DNA of 63,734 nt, the filler included, from Octopus bimaculoides (lineage: Eukaryota): NCBI RefSeq assembly GCF_001194135.2. It is 4 parts of 4 records of this genome, joined end to end, with 100 filler letters (N's around TTAATTAATTAA, not from the genome) between each part and the next. Parts side by side here need not be neighbours in the genome. Positions count along the whole stretch, not along the records: positions 1 to 28,011 come from NC_068984.1; positions 28,112 to 49,587 come from NC_068987.1; 2 more parts are not named here. One strand, written 5' to 3'. Made by a program: the position numbers and the translations under genes. Position 1 is the stretch's first letter. The number at the start of each line of letters is the position of its first letter. Shown here piece by piece: positions 26,440-38,489 of this stretch. The notes under the pieces are model-generated. The model was not told the DNA's origin and made no database searches. It saw nothing but the letters and a program-made list of their open reading frames with translations.

Positions 26440-27322
26440 TCATTCTTCTTACCCCTTGGTTAAGGTTGCACCTAACTTCTTTTTGATCTTCTTGTTCTCC
26501 AATGAAATATATTTGTAAGTATTGGGAATCTCCATGCTGTAATGGCAACAATCTTCCAATTCTATAATGAATTTGACCTTGAATGTAGGCATAAACACTC
26601 TTTCGCTAACTATATTTGCATCAAAGGATGTCATTATGAATGCATTATTGTAACGCTGCTTGCAAAAAGTGTTTTGATTTTGGATTTGAGCCCAATAGGA
26701 GAACTTTTAATGGTTGTGGTGTATCAGCAGGTAGTGGTAATGAGATCTTTCCATTACTTCAACATACACCTGGGGATTCATGGATCCATTTCTTGGCATC
26801 GCGGCAATCACATAGTAATGACATGGATCCTTTAGTAAAAAGGCCTTGCGAATTATATGCATAATTAGGATTATAATTGAATGCAGCCATTTTCTAATCT
26901 TCAGTAGTAAAAGGACGCAGTCTAAATTCTTGATGCCTTAATCTATCTGTTATCCTCCTAGTGTTGAGCTCGTCCTGAGTTACAAGTTGCCTGATTGCTG
27001 CAGTCCGTCGAGTATTCATTATCACTCTCCTTCCCCTTACTTCTGGAGATTCAGACTGTCTTGCTGCTGCAGTCCGTTGAGCATCTAATGTTCGTCTTGT
27101 TTCAGCCTGTACTTGAGTTTCAGACTGTCTTGCTGTTGCAGTTCGTTGGGCATTCAATCTCCGTCTTCTTTCTGCTTGTTCTGACTTTGTGAGGCTCGTA
27201 AGGCTGCATGCCTTTCGGCATCTACTCTCAGTCTGTTGGTACGTTGATAGTCTCTTTAGCTCTTTCTCTTTTCTACGCTGAGATTGCTTAGGTAGTCCAA
27301 ATCTAATATTTTTCGGAGGCAT
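26440..27322 (-). pseudogene. Helitron Rep/helicase N-terminal remnant
   Basis: An Arg-rich ~22-aa repeat leader (LNAQRTATARQSE.../LDAQRTAAARQSE...) precedes AAFNYNP, C..DAKKW..ESPG.C..NGK..LP, SKHFL, MTSFDANIVSERVFMPTFKV and QGQIHYRIG.LL, as in Helitron Rep N-termini. Confidence 0.8.
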
Positions 27323-27722
27323 TGTAGTAGGGTGAATTAATCTATATTTTCAACATTCAGCAGGCCAAGCAGGGAAGTGAAAGAGATGGTAAAGATCTGA
27401 TAAAATGACGGAATAGTTTTATGATTTAAATTTCATCAATATCGGTGCTATTTGAATATCGGAACTATTTCAATATTCTCATTATAGACTTTGCAACGTA
27501 ATTTTATGCATTAGAAAATGAATATTTTAATAAGCAAAATATGCTTAGTTTACCATATCACCGGCAGTTCAACACCTGTCTCATCAGTTGAGTGTATACC
27601 AATGCAACCAACGATCGACAGTGAGTAGCTCTGTATTTAAGTAAAGAATATATAATTTCATAAAAAAAAGCTGTTTTTATTCACGTTTGCCTTAATTTTG
27701 TCATGTTTAACTTACATGCTAG

Positions 27723-27761
<39 letters not shown>

Positions 27762-28055
27762 TTATAAATATACAGGGATTAGCAATTGAGTTGCTTCTCC
27801 AACATACTGAAAATTTAGAAATAGCAGTCAAAGAACTACCGATTCCAAACTACAAATTTTTCTCTAAAGTGGATGGCGATATTTATGGCACACATAGAAC
27901 AAAAAACCGGAGGGAAAAGCGTAAACAAACCAAGCCTTTAGTTAATTGGATACGAATCGTTTCATGGTTAAGTGAATGGAAATTTCACTATTCCAATCTT
28001 CAGCCTCAATANNNNNNNNNNNNNNNNNNNNNNNNNNNNNNNNNNNNNNNNNNNN

Positions 28056-28067
28056 TTAATTAATTAA
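28056..28067. other. TTAATTAATTAA gap spacer (assembly artefact); also at 49632-49643 and 60108-60119
   Basis: The identical palindromic 12-mer is embedded between N runs three times and gives stops in all six frames. Confidence 0.85.
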
Positions 28068-28091
28068 NNNNNNNNNNNNNNNNNNNNNNNN

Positions 28092-28305
28092 NNNNNNNNN
28101 NNNNNNNNNNNCCTTTTCATGCTTGCATGGGTCGTAAAATGCTGTTCCTGTAACCAACCCTCCCCTGTTTCCAAGCAAGGTAATATTTCCCATGGCTTAA
28201 CATGTCTTTCACGAAAGACTGGAAGCAAATATCTTTTGTAAGGTGGTATAGCAGATTTATAGCTATTGCCTGATGTCAAAACAAGGAGACTCTAACAGAT
28301 CATCA
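28092..28305 (-). mobile_element. RTE-type SINE tail, variant 2
   Basis: ggaaatattaccttgcttggaaacagg...acccatgcaagcatg; the same module occurs at 32190-32390 and 34720-34835. Confidence 0.7.
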
Positions 28306-28309
28306 TCAT

Positions 28310-28790
28310 CATCATCATCATCATCATTGTTTAACGTCCGCTTTCCATGCTAGCATGGGTTGGACGATTTGACTGGAAACCGGTGAACCGGATGGCTGCA
28401 CCAGGCTCCAATCTGATCTGGCAGAGTTTCTACAGCTGGATGCCCTTCCTAACGCCAACCACTCCAAGAGTGTAGTGGGTGCTTTTACGTGCCACCGGCA
28501 CGAGGGCCAGTCAGGCAGTACTGGCAATGGCAACGCTCTAAATAGTGTTTTTTACGTGCCACTTGCACAGGAGCCAGTCCAGCGGCACTGGCGACGACCT
28601 CACTCGAATGTTTTCTAACGTGCCATCGGCACAAGTGCCAGTAAAGCAACGCTGGAAACGATCACGCTCAAATGGTGCTATTTACGTGCCACTAATACAG
28701 ATGCCAGACGGCTGCTCTGGCAATGATCATGCTTGGATGGTGCTGTTAGTGCTCCACTAGCACAGGTGCCGGTCATCAAATATGGTTCAT
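28310..28790 (-). mobile_element. RTE-related 3' element (family B) with about 5 tandem ~65-bp units and a (GAT)n tail
   Basis: catcatcat-gtttaacgtccgctttccatgctagcatgggttggacg...gcccttcctaacgccaaccac, then repeated ttttacgtgccac...gccagt...actggc units. Confidence 0.88.
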
Positions 28791-29116
28791 CGAATATGGT
28801 TCAATTTCGATTGAACAATTGATAGAAAGCTTAAAGGATTGAATATCACAGACCAAAGGAAAAACAAGACAACAGTAATGAAATCCAGATAGCAGGAGTC
28901 TGAGGAAAGAAATTGTTAGAATAAAAGGTCTTCTGACTGGCAGGAAGTTCAACAAAGAAATGATGTTCCTGGGAAGAAAAAGAGGTGACACATTTAACCT
29001 TTTAGCATTCAAACTGGCCATATCCAGCCCAAATATTCTACCTGTTTTGTATTGAAGCTGGCTAGATCTGGCCTTTCACTCCTACCCAACAATGTCATTC
29101 TAAAAATAAATATATA

Positions 29117-29281
29117 GGTGCAGGAGTGGCTGTGTGGTAAGTAGCTTGCTTACCAACCACATGGTTCTGGGTTCAGTCCCACTGCATGGCACTTTGGGTA
29201 AGTGTCTTCTACTATAGCCCCGGGCCGACCAAAGCCTTGTGAGTGGATTTGGTAGACAGAAACTGAAATAAGCCCGTCGTA
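29117..29281 (+). mobile_element. Family A SINE 5' half
   Basis: A-box gtggctgtgtggt, B-box ggttcagtccc and CORE-like ggcactttgggtaagtgtctt. Confidence 0.88.
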
Positions 29282-29819
29282 TATATATATATATATATTA
29301 ACTTCTATGTTGTAGTAGAAGCAACATGTTCTTTGTCTATCTCCTTAACTTCTTGGAGATTTTAGGTATAATTATACTAATGTGTCCATCTGTTCTAATT
29401 TAATTAAACTCTATGTCTTTGTGCAGCTGAGGATTGCTCTGCATTTTAAATTGATGTAATGATTGCATTGTTCAATTAAATGGAGTTGCATGAAACGATT
29501 GTACAGCATTACTTCTGAATATCCTTGTTGCTTATTTTGATTTTAATCACCTTACTTTGAAATTGTATGGATAATACCATACTTAATTCTGGTGCCTAAA
29601 CTTAAGTACGATATTCACCTGAATCTATATATAGAGGCCCAACCTTCTGAGTTCTTTTACAGGGCTTAGAAAAACTGAAGGGCTGCTACAATAAGCGTGT
29701 GAATCTGAGAGGGGAATATGTTCAACAAAATCCTTAATTAACTGATCCTCCTGTATTTTCTTTTTGCCAAAGCCAAGAACTTTTCCACACCCACCTCATA
29801 TGTATGCACACACACACAC

Positions 29820-29894
<75 letters not shown>

Positions 29895-30374
29895 TACATA
29901 CAGTAGTTAGGAAGAGCCGACAGAGATAAATAACAAGAGCACTATATACTTCAACTGGTATTTTCCATAAGCTTGAAGAACTGTGACCAAGTCCTCTTAT
30001 AATCCAAGACCATGACAGAAGTTCTTGCTTCAAGGCTGTGTTCAGCTAATTTTTATGACCATCATGCCAAAGTGCCAAAGTGGTTATGATAGGAATAAAT
30101 AGCTTAGCAGTAAATAATTTCCAAAGGGAGATATAAATTAACTGTCATAGGCAACAAAACCACCATATTAATGGTAAACATTTCATTAATTTTCACTGTG
30201 GAGCTGAATATCTTCTCATGAATAAAACAACGTCTCTCTCTCTCTCTCGTGATTTCATTTGGAAATAACGTTGAAGGCTTTATGATGGCTGCCTTTTACT
30301 ACTTGAAGTACGTTTTTATGAGGACTAACGCAAACACACAACTACACTGTAATGGTTGCAGCTGATCAACTTAG

Positions 30375-30408
30375 ATTAATAATAATAATAATAATAATGT
30401 TAATAATG

Positions 30409-30455
<47 letters not shown>

Positions 30456-30489
30456 AATGATAATAATAATAATGATAATGATAATAATG

Positions 30490-30548
<59 letters not shown>

Positions 30549-30591
30549 AATACTGATGATGAGGATAATAATAATGACAATAATAATAATG

Positions 30592-30625
<34 letters not shown>

Positions 30626-30650
30626 TAATATAATAATAATGATAATGATA

Positions 30651-30715
<65 letters not shown>

Positions 30716-30772
30716 AATGATAATAATAATAATAATGATAATATAATAATAATGATAATAATGATAATAATG

Positions 30773-30813
<41 letters not shown>

Positions 30814-31028
30814 AATGATAATAATAATAATGATGATGATAATAATAATAATAATAATAATAGCAATAATAATAATGATAATAATAATAATAATGATGAT
30901 AATACTGATGACGATGATGATGATGATGATGATAATAAATCTGGTAATGAGAGAGAAAGGCAAACAACAATAATAGAATGTCATAATGAAGATATATCAC
31001 GTAGATCATCTAGATTATGACTATTTCA

Positions 31029-31061
<33 letters not shown>

Positions 31062-31100
31062 GTAGTGGTGGTGATGATGATGGTGATGAAGATGATAAGA
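30375..31100. repeat. Long compound (AAT)n/(GAT)n microsatellite
   Basis: Direct inspection; this tract is the source of the poly-I/M/D ORFs in the track. Confidence 0.97.
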
Positions 31101-31124
31101 AGAACGGGTCGGAGGATCATGGTC

Positions 31125-31573
31125 TCTTTCTCCTTCTCCTCTTCCTCATCCTCATCGTCATCGTCGTCGTCGTCGTCATCAGTGTAGTTATTAGCATCAT
31201 TGTCATCACCATTGCCGTTGTTGCTGCTGCCACTCATCCACCCACCCACCATTATTATCACCACCACCCCACCACCATCACCACCAACATCATCACTGCC
31301 ACCACAACCATCATCATCAGCTGCAGCAAAATCCTCCAACTCCTTCTCATCATCGTTATCATCATCATTGTCATCACCATCATTATTGTCGTCAACAACA
31401 TCGTCATCATTGCTGTATTTGTCATCATCATTACCAGCAGCGGCAGCAGCAACATTCTTTAAACTCCTTCTCATCATTGTCGTCGTCATCATCATCATCA
31501 TCATCTTCATCATCATTACTATCATTATCATCATCATCATCACAGTCACTTTCATCTTCACCTCCACCATCAC

Positions 31574-31607
<34 letters not shown>

Positions 31608-31800
31608 TTCATCATCATCATCAACATCATCACTGTCACATTTGTCTTCACCACCACCACCACCATCACCACCACATTCATCATCCTCGTCATCATCATC
31701 ATCACCATCACCATCCTCCTCCTCCCCCTTCTGCTCATTCTCCTCTTTTCCTTCCTCCACCCTCTTCATTTCCTTACCGTTATCCTCATCTTTCTCTTCT
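31125..31800. repeat. Compound (CAT)n/(CAC)n/(CGT)n microsatellite
   Basis: Direct inspection. Confidence 0.95.
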
Positions 31801-31914
31801 CGTTAAACATAGTTGTTATGATTCTGTTGTGTTATTTTTATGGCCACCATGTTGCATTATGGTTATATATCATTCTGTTTATGCTATAATTATGTTGTTC
31901 TTATATTACGGTTA

Positions 31915-32088
31915 TGGCTTAGGCATGGCTGTGAATTCAAGAAGATTGCTTCCCAAGAAGCTTGTTTCAGGTTCTGTCCCACTGCGTGGTACCTTGGCCA
32001 AGTGTCTCCTACTATAACCCCAGGATAGCCAAAGCCTGTTTGATAGACAGGAACTGAAAAAGACCCTATATGTATATAAAAGTGTGTG

Positions 32089-32142
<54 letters not shown>

Positions 32143-32390
32143 TCTTTATCTAAACATCATGTGATAGTAGTAAATGATGGTGATGATGATGATCATCATA
32201 CAAGCGATGCTGTTTGTTGCCAGTCTTCTGTAAAAGAAAATGTTCAGCCATGGGGACATATTACCTTATTTGGAAATAAGTGAGAGTCAATGACAGAAAG
32301 GGCATCTGGTCTTAGAAAATCTGCTTCGACAAATCCCATCTGACCCAGACAAGCATGGAAAGGTGGACGTTAAATGATAATGATCAGGAA
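31915..32390 (+). mobile_element. Mosaic SINE: family A head plus RTE-type tail variant 2
   Basis: ggcatggctgtg...ggtaccttggccaagtgtctcc, then (TG)n, then ggggacatattaccttatttggaaa...aagcatggaaaggtggacgttaaatgataatgat. Confidence 0.75.
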
Positions 32391-33523
32391 ACTGACAATA
32401 TACTATTGTACTTTTATGTGATTGGTATCAAGAGTACGGACTATTTATGTTTGGCAACAAGAAGTTAGGAGTTTTTGTCCCACTGCGTGAATGAGATCTG
32501 TTCAGTTTGGCCCACAGATTTTATTAATTAATTTTCTTTAACTTAACAGTTTGAGACTTCGTATTCTGGTGGAATGTCTCAGGCAGAACATGGTTTACTT
32601 TGAACATTTTCGACAAAATTTGGTATTTTAGAAGTTATTTCATGTTAAAGTTGTATTTGGGTTACTGCCTTATGTTCTATGTTATCTGTAGGTGGAACTC
32701 AGAAATATATATATGTGTGTATATATAGTTTTAGGGAAAAGAACCAGGGTTCATGAACTCATCGATGAAAATCCACTGTCACATATAGAAAAATTAATAA
32801 GTAAAAGCACAATAAATAAGTAAAATATAATACAAAGTAAATACCTGTAAATTTGGATTTTTATCCCTAATAATATCATTATTATATGTGTGTGTGTGTG
32901 TGTGTATATATATATTTCAATAATAATAAAAAGGATAAAATAAATAATTAATTAATCAATTAATTAATTATGTAGCTAATCTAAGTCATGTGGATTCGTT
33001 ATTTTTCTCTTTGCCTATGTAAAAAAAAGTGTGTTACTGTCTGGGAGATATTTATGGTATCGGAAAAAGTATTTTAACTGCTATTTTAAAATTCGGTGCG
33101 TGGTGAAGCAATTAGCTGACCCCTGATTATAATTATAGCATATAGCATGTGTANNNNNNNNNNNNNNNNNNNNNNNNNNNNNNNNNNNNNNNNNNNNNNN
33201 NNNNNNNNNNNNNNNNNNNNNNNNNNNNNNNNNNNNNNNNNNNNNNNNNNNNNNNNNNNNNNNNNNNNNNNNNNNNNNNNNNNNNNNNNNNNNNNNNNNN
33301 NNNNNNNNNNNNNNNNNNNNNNNNNNNNNNNNNNNNNNNNNNNNNNNNNNNNNNNNNNNNNNNNNNNNNNNNNNNNNNNNNNNNNNNNNNNNNNNNNNNN
33401 NNNNNATTATTGGGAAAAAAATTTCCCTAAAATAAATAGGTATATATTAAGCATATCTATATTCAATTAAGAAAAGAAATGGAGAGTTAATGGTTAATAA
33501 TTGATTTATCAACTTATTCATAA

Positions 33524-33868
33524 ATATACCTTGATTTTGCAAAAACTTTTGGTAAAGTGGATCATAGTATGATATGCCACAAACTGCGTGATATCAGCGT
33601 AGCTGGAAAACTTGGAGAGTGGTTACATAACTTTCTGAAAGATGGAAGTCAGGCAGTAGTGGCTTATGGAACCACCTCAATGAAAACACAAATAGTGAGC
33701 GGTGTTCCACAGGGCACTGTCTTGGGACCACTGCTTTTTATAGTGGCCCTCTCAGATATGCCCTCAAGTGCCCAGATAGCCACCCTTGCAAGCTACGCAG
33801 ACGACACGAAAGTCTCGCAGAAAATACAGAACTCCAGCGATGTTGCGCATCTGCAGCAGGAGTTGGAA
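33524..33868 (+). pseudogene. CR1-clade LINE reverse transcriptase fragment
   Basis: IYLDFAKTFGKVDH...WLHNFL...SGVPQGTVLGPLLF...YADDTKV in one open frame. Confidence 0.92.
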
Positions 33869-34088
33869 GGTAATAATCCAGCTATTCGTCCATGATAAAC
33901 CGCTTTGATCATCGATGATAGTATCATCACAGAGTTTTCTACTAACATATCCATGCATAGTCTTCTGCTCATATAGGCTCATCCTTTCATCTCATGAAAT
34001 GTTGCAGTAGAGACGTGCGACTTCTTTGGGCATGTATTCCAGGTTATCAGACAAAGAGTGTTGCTCAAGAAGCTGCTTTCCAAGTCTT
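33868..34088 (-). pseudogene. R4-like ORF fragment related to the 21565-23697 copy
   Basis: KTMHGYVSRKLCDDTIIDDQSGLSWTNSWIIT aligns by eye with NTMHEYVARMLEEDSRIDKERSLSWTQNDYVT at about 22975-23075. Confidence 0.7.
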
Positions 34089-34096
34089 ATGATCAA

Positions 34097-34198
34097 GCTA
34101 TGTATTTTTTTTTTTTTACTTGTTTCAGTCATTTGACTGCGGCCATGCTGGAGCACCACCTTTAGTCGAGAAAATCGACCCCAGGACTTATTCTTTGT
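34097..34198 (-). mobile_element. Family A SINE tail
   Basis: tttacttgtttcagtcatttgactgcggccatgctggagcaccacctttagtcgag. Confidence 0.85.
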
Positions 34199-34285
34199 AT
34201 GTATGTATGTCATTATTCAGTTTCATTTCAAGATTTCTTGCCAGTTGAGAAAGAACTGGTTTCTAACCTACATCCAGTATGTATG

Positions 34286-34319
<34 letters not shown>

Positions 34320-34839
34320 TGTATGTATATGTCTGTATGTATATACGCTTGTATGTATGCATGCGTGCATGCATGTATGTACATTTTTATGTAAGTGCGT
34401 TTGTATGTATGAATGCATATATGTATGTATGTAAATGTATGTATGTATGTATGCCAAATTTGTGTGTGTGTTAATATAGGTTTATGTGAGTTTGTATTTA
34501 TCTTTGGGTTAGATGTTCACTGACTGTAAACAAAGAAACAAAAGGCAACAGTTACGCCATCAATACAAGTTTGTCTAACGCTCGCAGTCAACTACAAAAG
34601 CACATCTAGGTTTCTTGACATGTCGTAGCATGTTGAGCAAACTTCGTAAACAAAGATAATACATTGTAACCAAGTATGGAATGTTTCTGGTTCCTTGTTC
34701 AATAGAATTAAGCATTATGACCTTGCTTGGAAACAAGTGAGGGTTGGCATTGGGAAGGGCATCTAATTGCTTCGGCTGTTTTGACCAATGGCATGCATGA
34801 AAAAGTGAACTTTAAAATAATGATCTAGATGATGAAGCA

Positions 34840-35370
34840 ACAATGAAAATTGTGGTGGTGATGGTGGGGAGTGATGATGATGATGATGATGGCAGTAATG
34901 GTGGAGGAGTGATGGTGGTGTTACAATGGTGTTAGTGATGGTGGTGGTGGTGGTGATGAAAAGGATGATGATGATGACAACGACGATGATGACAACGACG
35001 ATGATGATGCTGATGAAGAAAATGATGTCGATGATGATGATTATAATGAGGATGATGATGACGATGATGACGATGATGACGATGATGATAATGGTGTTGA
35101 TTACGATGGTGATGATGATGATGATGATGACGATGTTGATGACAATGGTGATGATGATGATGATGAAAATGATGATGACGATGAGGAGGAGGAGGATGAT
35201 AACGACGACGACGACAACGATGATAACAATGATGACATTGATGACATTGATGATGATGACGATGATAATGGCAGGGTTGGTGATGGATTTTTGTGGCAAT
35301 GTTGAGGATGATGATGATGACGACGACGATGACGACAACGACAACGGTGATGATGATGATGATGATGATA
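34840..35370. repeat. Compound (GAT)/(GAC)/(GGT) microsatellite
   Basis: Direct inspection. Confidence 0.95.
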
Positions 35371-36037
35371 ATTACAGTGACAGGCAATGATGAGAGGCTT
35401 AATTTCACTGACCGTAGAGTGATGTGGCAGGGGGTGGAGTGGTGGTGAGGAGCAGAATCAGTTCACAATATAAACACAAAAATAATACCACCAGGTATTT
35501 AGTTTGATGTTTATAACATTCCTACATACTCTCTCTGCCTTTAGCTGAACATCACCGAATTAATTCTCATTTACTTTTCATTTATTTTTCATTCATTTCC
35601 AGTAATTTACCTGTTTTTATTGTTAGTTAACTTTTTATTTATATATTTATTCATAATTTATTTATTTATTTTCCAGTTTTATATCATTTCGTTATATTTT
35701 CTTCTGACATATTTATTTTATCTTTGTTCTTGATGATTATTATTTTTTAATTTTTATTTGAAATAAAAATAATAAAAAAACAAAACAAAGAAAATAATAA
35801 CACAGGTCGTTTTAATTTCTTTTCCCTGCAATTTAATGACTTTTTTTAATGTTTGTTTTTCCTTTTTCTTGTTTTCTGTTTTATTTTGTTTTTTATTTCG
35901 TTATTTTTTTTTTGTTTTGTTTAACTTCTTCCATTCACTGTTTTCCATCATACTTAAGACAGGTATGTATCATTTTTACCTCAATCCGATATTTTCAACC
36001 AATTTCGCGCATGTGTGTGTATAAGTGTGTGTATATG

Positions 36038-36074
<37 letters not shown>

Positions 36075-36137
36075 NNNNNNNNNNNNNNNNNNNNNNNNNN
36101 NNNNNNNNNNNNNNNNNNNNNNNNNNNNCATATATAG

Positions 36138-36172
<35 letters not shown>

Positions 36173-36275
36173 ACATGTATATGAATATATAGATATATAT
36201 AAATATATATATGTATATATATAATATATACACACATATACAAACATATATACATATATATATACATATACATAT

Positions 36276-36345
<70 letters not shown>

Positions 36346-37489
36346 TGATGCCTTTAATTTCTATACTTTTAATTTACCTCCAATTTTTTTTTCTTTTTTA
36401 AACTATAGTAGCTTTTGAATCAATTAATAAACAATTTTTTTAACCATATTCGTTAATTGGATTTTCTGCGGTGATTTACACTAATAGACCATGACTTATG
36501 TTTAAAAAAATCAAACCTTAATTGATTCACTAACATTTGTTTATCGTTATGTGAAAAAAAAAAATAATTAAATCAAATAATTAAAATTCATGCCAAAACA
36601 ACATTTTTCAATTATTTCAGTGGCTCATATTCTGGTTCTCACTTATCACGGTACAGAATTCCTAACCTGTTGGTTAGATGGCCTCTACAGGGCTATTCAA
36701 CTTGTTAGAAATAGCTGCTAAGTCTCTCTCTTTAACACACCTTACTGGAGAATGTAAGAAGTGGGTGCAGCTGTTTAAATACTGATGGTTTGTTATGGCT
36801 AATTAAGTTAACTGGACATTCATCTAGTGTTGGAGAAGGTACTTTTTGGCACTGGTGGGGAACATGCGCACACACTCATGTGCATGTGCACACATGCAGA
36901 AATACAGTGGTATGTGGTGATTTTTGTGTTGGGTGTGCTACCAAACTCAGTGCCTCCAAATTTCAAGCAAAAGTTTTCTATTAAGATTTGTGATTAAATT
37001 AATGAACAAGGTTAATGTCTATAATGAATTTGCTCTTTGTGGTGGGTGTGCAGCACACACCTAATACACCCGGAATACACACCCCTGCAGAAAAATATAT
37101 ATACATGTACAGAGAGTGAAACAGATGCATAGGATTTATTAATGCTTGCTTTATAAAAAGTTCTCAGAATTTCCAGTAAGTGGTAATAATGTATGGTACT
37201 ATTTCACTCCTTTCAGAAATCTTCAGTATGATCCAGCCAGTGACTTATTAATTAATTAAACATTTTTCTGAAGTGAGGCATTTCATTAAGGATGGAAACA
37301 ATTACACCCTGGTAGAAATTCATGGAATGTGTAATGTTTTATTTATTTATTTATTCGTTTATTATATATTCTTCATAGATAATTAGAAGTTTATTAGTTA
37401 AGACAAATGAGAGAAAGCTCTTAGTGTTTACATGAAGAATAATCCTTGTTTCCAAGGAATTCTATGTAATGTCTTATAGTAGCCACTTA

Positions 37490-37700
37490 TCTTTTCTCTT
37501 TCACTTGTTTCAGCCAATGGACTGTGGCCATGCTGGGGCACCTTCTCAAAGGTTCCAGTCGAACAAATCAACCCCAGTACTTATTCGTTTTTGGTCTTAT
37601 GCTACTTCTATCAGTCTCTTTGCTGAGCTACTAAGTTAGAGGAACACAAACAAAGCAACAGCTGTTGTCAAGCAGGGGGACAAACACAAAGACACACATG
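37490..37700 (-). mobile_element. Family A SINE 3' half
   Basis: Reverse tail motifs (cacttgtttcagcc...ggccatgctggggcacc...ccccagtacttatt). Confidence 0.8.
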
Positions 37701-37734
37701 CCCCCCCATACACACTAATACACACATATGTAAG

Positions 37735-37910
37735 AGTGGTTGTGTGGTAAGAAGCTTGCTTCCCAACCACATGGTCCCGGGTTCAGTGTTGCTGCATGGC
37801 AATTTGGGCAAGTGTCTTCTACTATCGCCTCGGGCCGACCAAAGCCTTGTGAGTGGATTTGGTAGACGGAAACTGAAAGAAGTTCCTCATATATATATAT
37901 ATATACACAT

Positions 37911-37941
<31 letters not shown>

Positions 37942-38370
37942 GGGGGAGAATTCACAAAAAAACAAAAGACGAAGACAGGTGGTGTAGCCAACAAACAGAT
38001 GTATTAGTATAACACTCAGGAATTGAAAAAGTCTTTAACATTTCGAGCCTACGCTCTTCCACAGAAAGGAACACTGAAAGAAACAAGGAGAGAAAAAAAA
38101 AGAATGTGTAGTGGCTATACATATATATATATAAACATACATATATATATATATGTATTTGTGTGTCTGTGTTTGTCCCCCCCACCATCGCTTGACAACC
38201 AATCTTGCTGTGTTTACGTCCCCGTAACTTAGTGGTTCGGCAAAAGAGGCCGATAGAATAAGTACTACACTTACAAAGAATAAGTCCTGAGGTTGATTTG
38301 TTTGACTAAAGGTGGTGCTCCAGCACGGCCATAGTCAAATGACTGAAAAATTGAGTAAAAGAGTAAAAGA

Positions 38371-38372
<2 letters not shown>
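37735..38372 (+). mobile_element. Family A SINE interrupted in its central microsatellite
   Basis: Head at 37735-37890 and tail at 38160-38372, with a foreign ~180-bp element between them. Confidence 0.85.
37940..38125 (-). mobile_element. Small repeat carrying a hammerhead-like motif (38033-38068)
   Basis: Minus strand cuuu-CUGUGGA-a-gagc(guag)gcuc-GAAA-ug-UU-aaag. A related copy lies at 38490-38620 on the plus strand. Confidence 0.6.
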
Positions 38373-38402
<30 letters not shown>

Positions 38403-38425
38403 TATGTATATATATGTATGTGTGC

Positions 38426-38469
<44 letters not shown>

Positions 38470-38489
38470 TTTTTTAATACTCTGTCCAT

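Noticed and set aside
28056-28067. Recurrent TTAATTAATTAA palindrome as a regulatory or homeodomain site
   Set aside because: It is always flanked by N on both sides, so it is a scaffolding spacer.
28480-28790. Repeat-spacer pattern as a CRISPR-like array
   Set aside because: The units are contiguous degenerate tandem repeats inside a eukaryotic retroelement, with no unique spacers or cas genes.
30352-31889. Poly-I, poly-D/E, poly-S and poly-H ORFs that resemble acidic or low-complexity proteins
   Set aside because: They are open in several frames and on both strands because of trinucleotide repeats, with no splice signals or domain content.
34763-35408. His-rich and Met/Asp-rich ORFs
   Set aside because: Translation of a (GAT)/(GAC) microsatellite.
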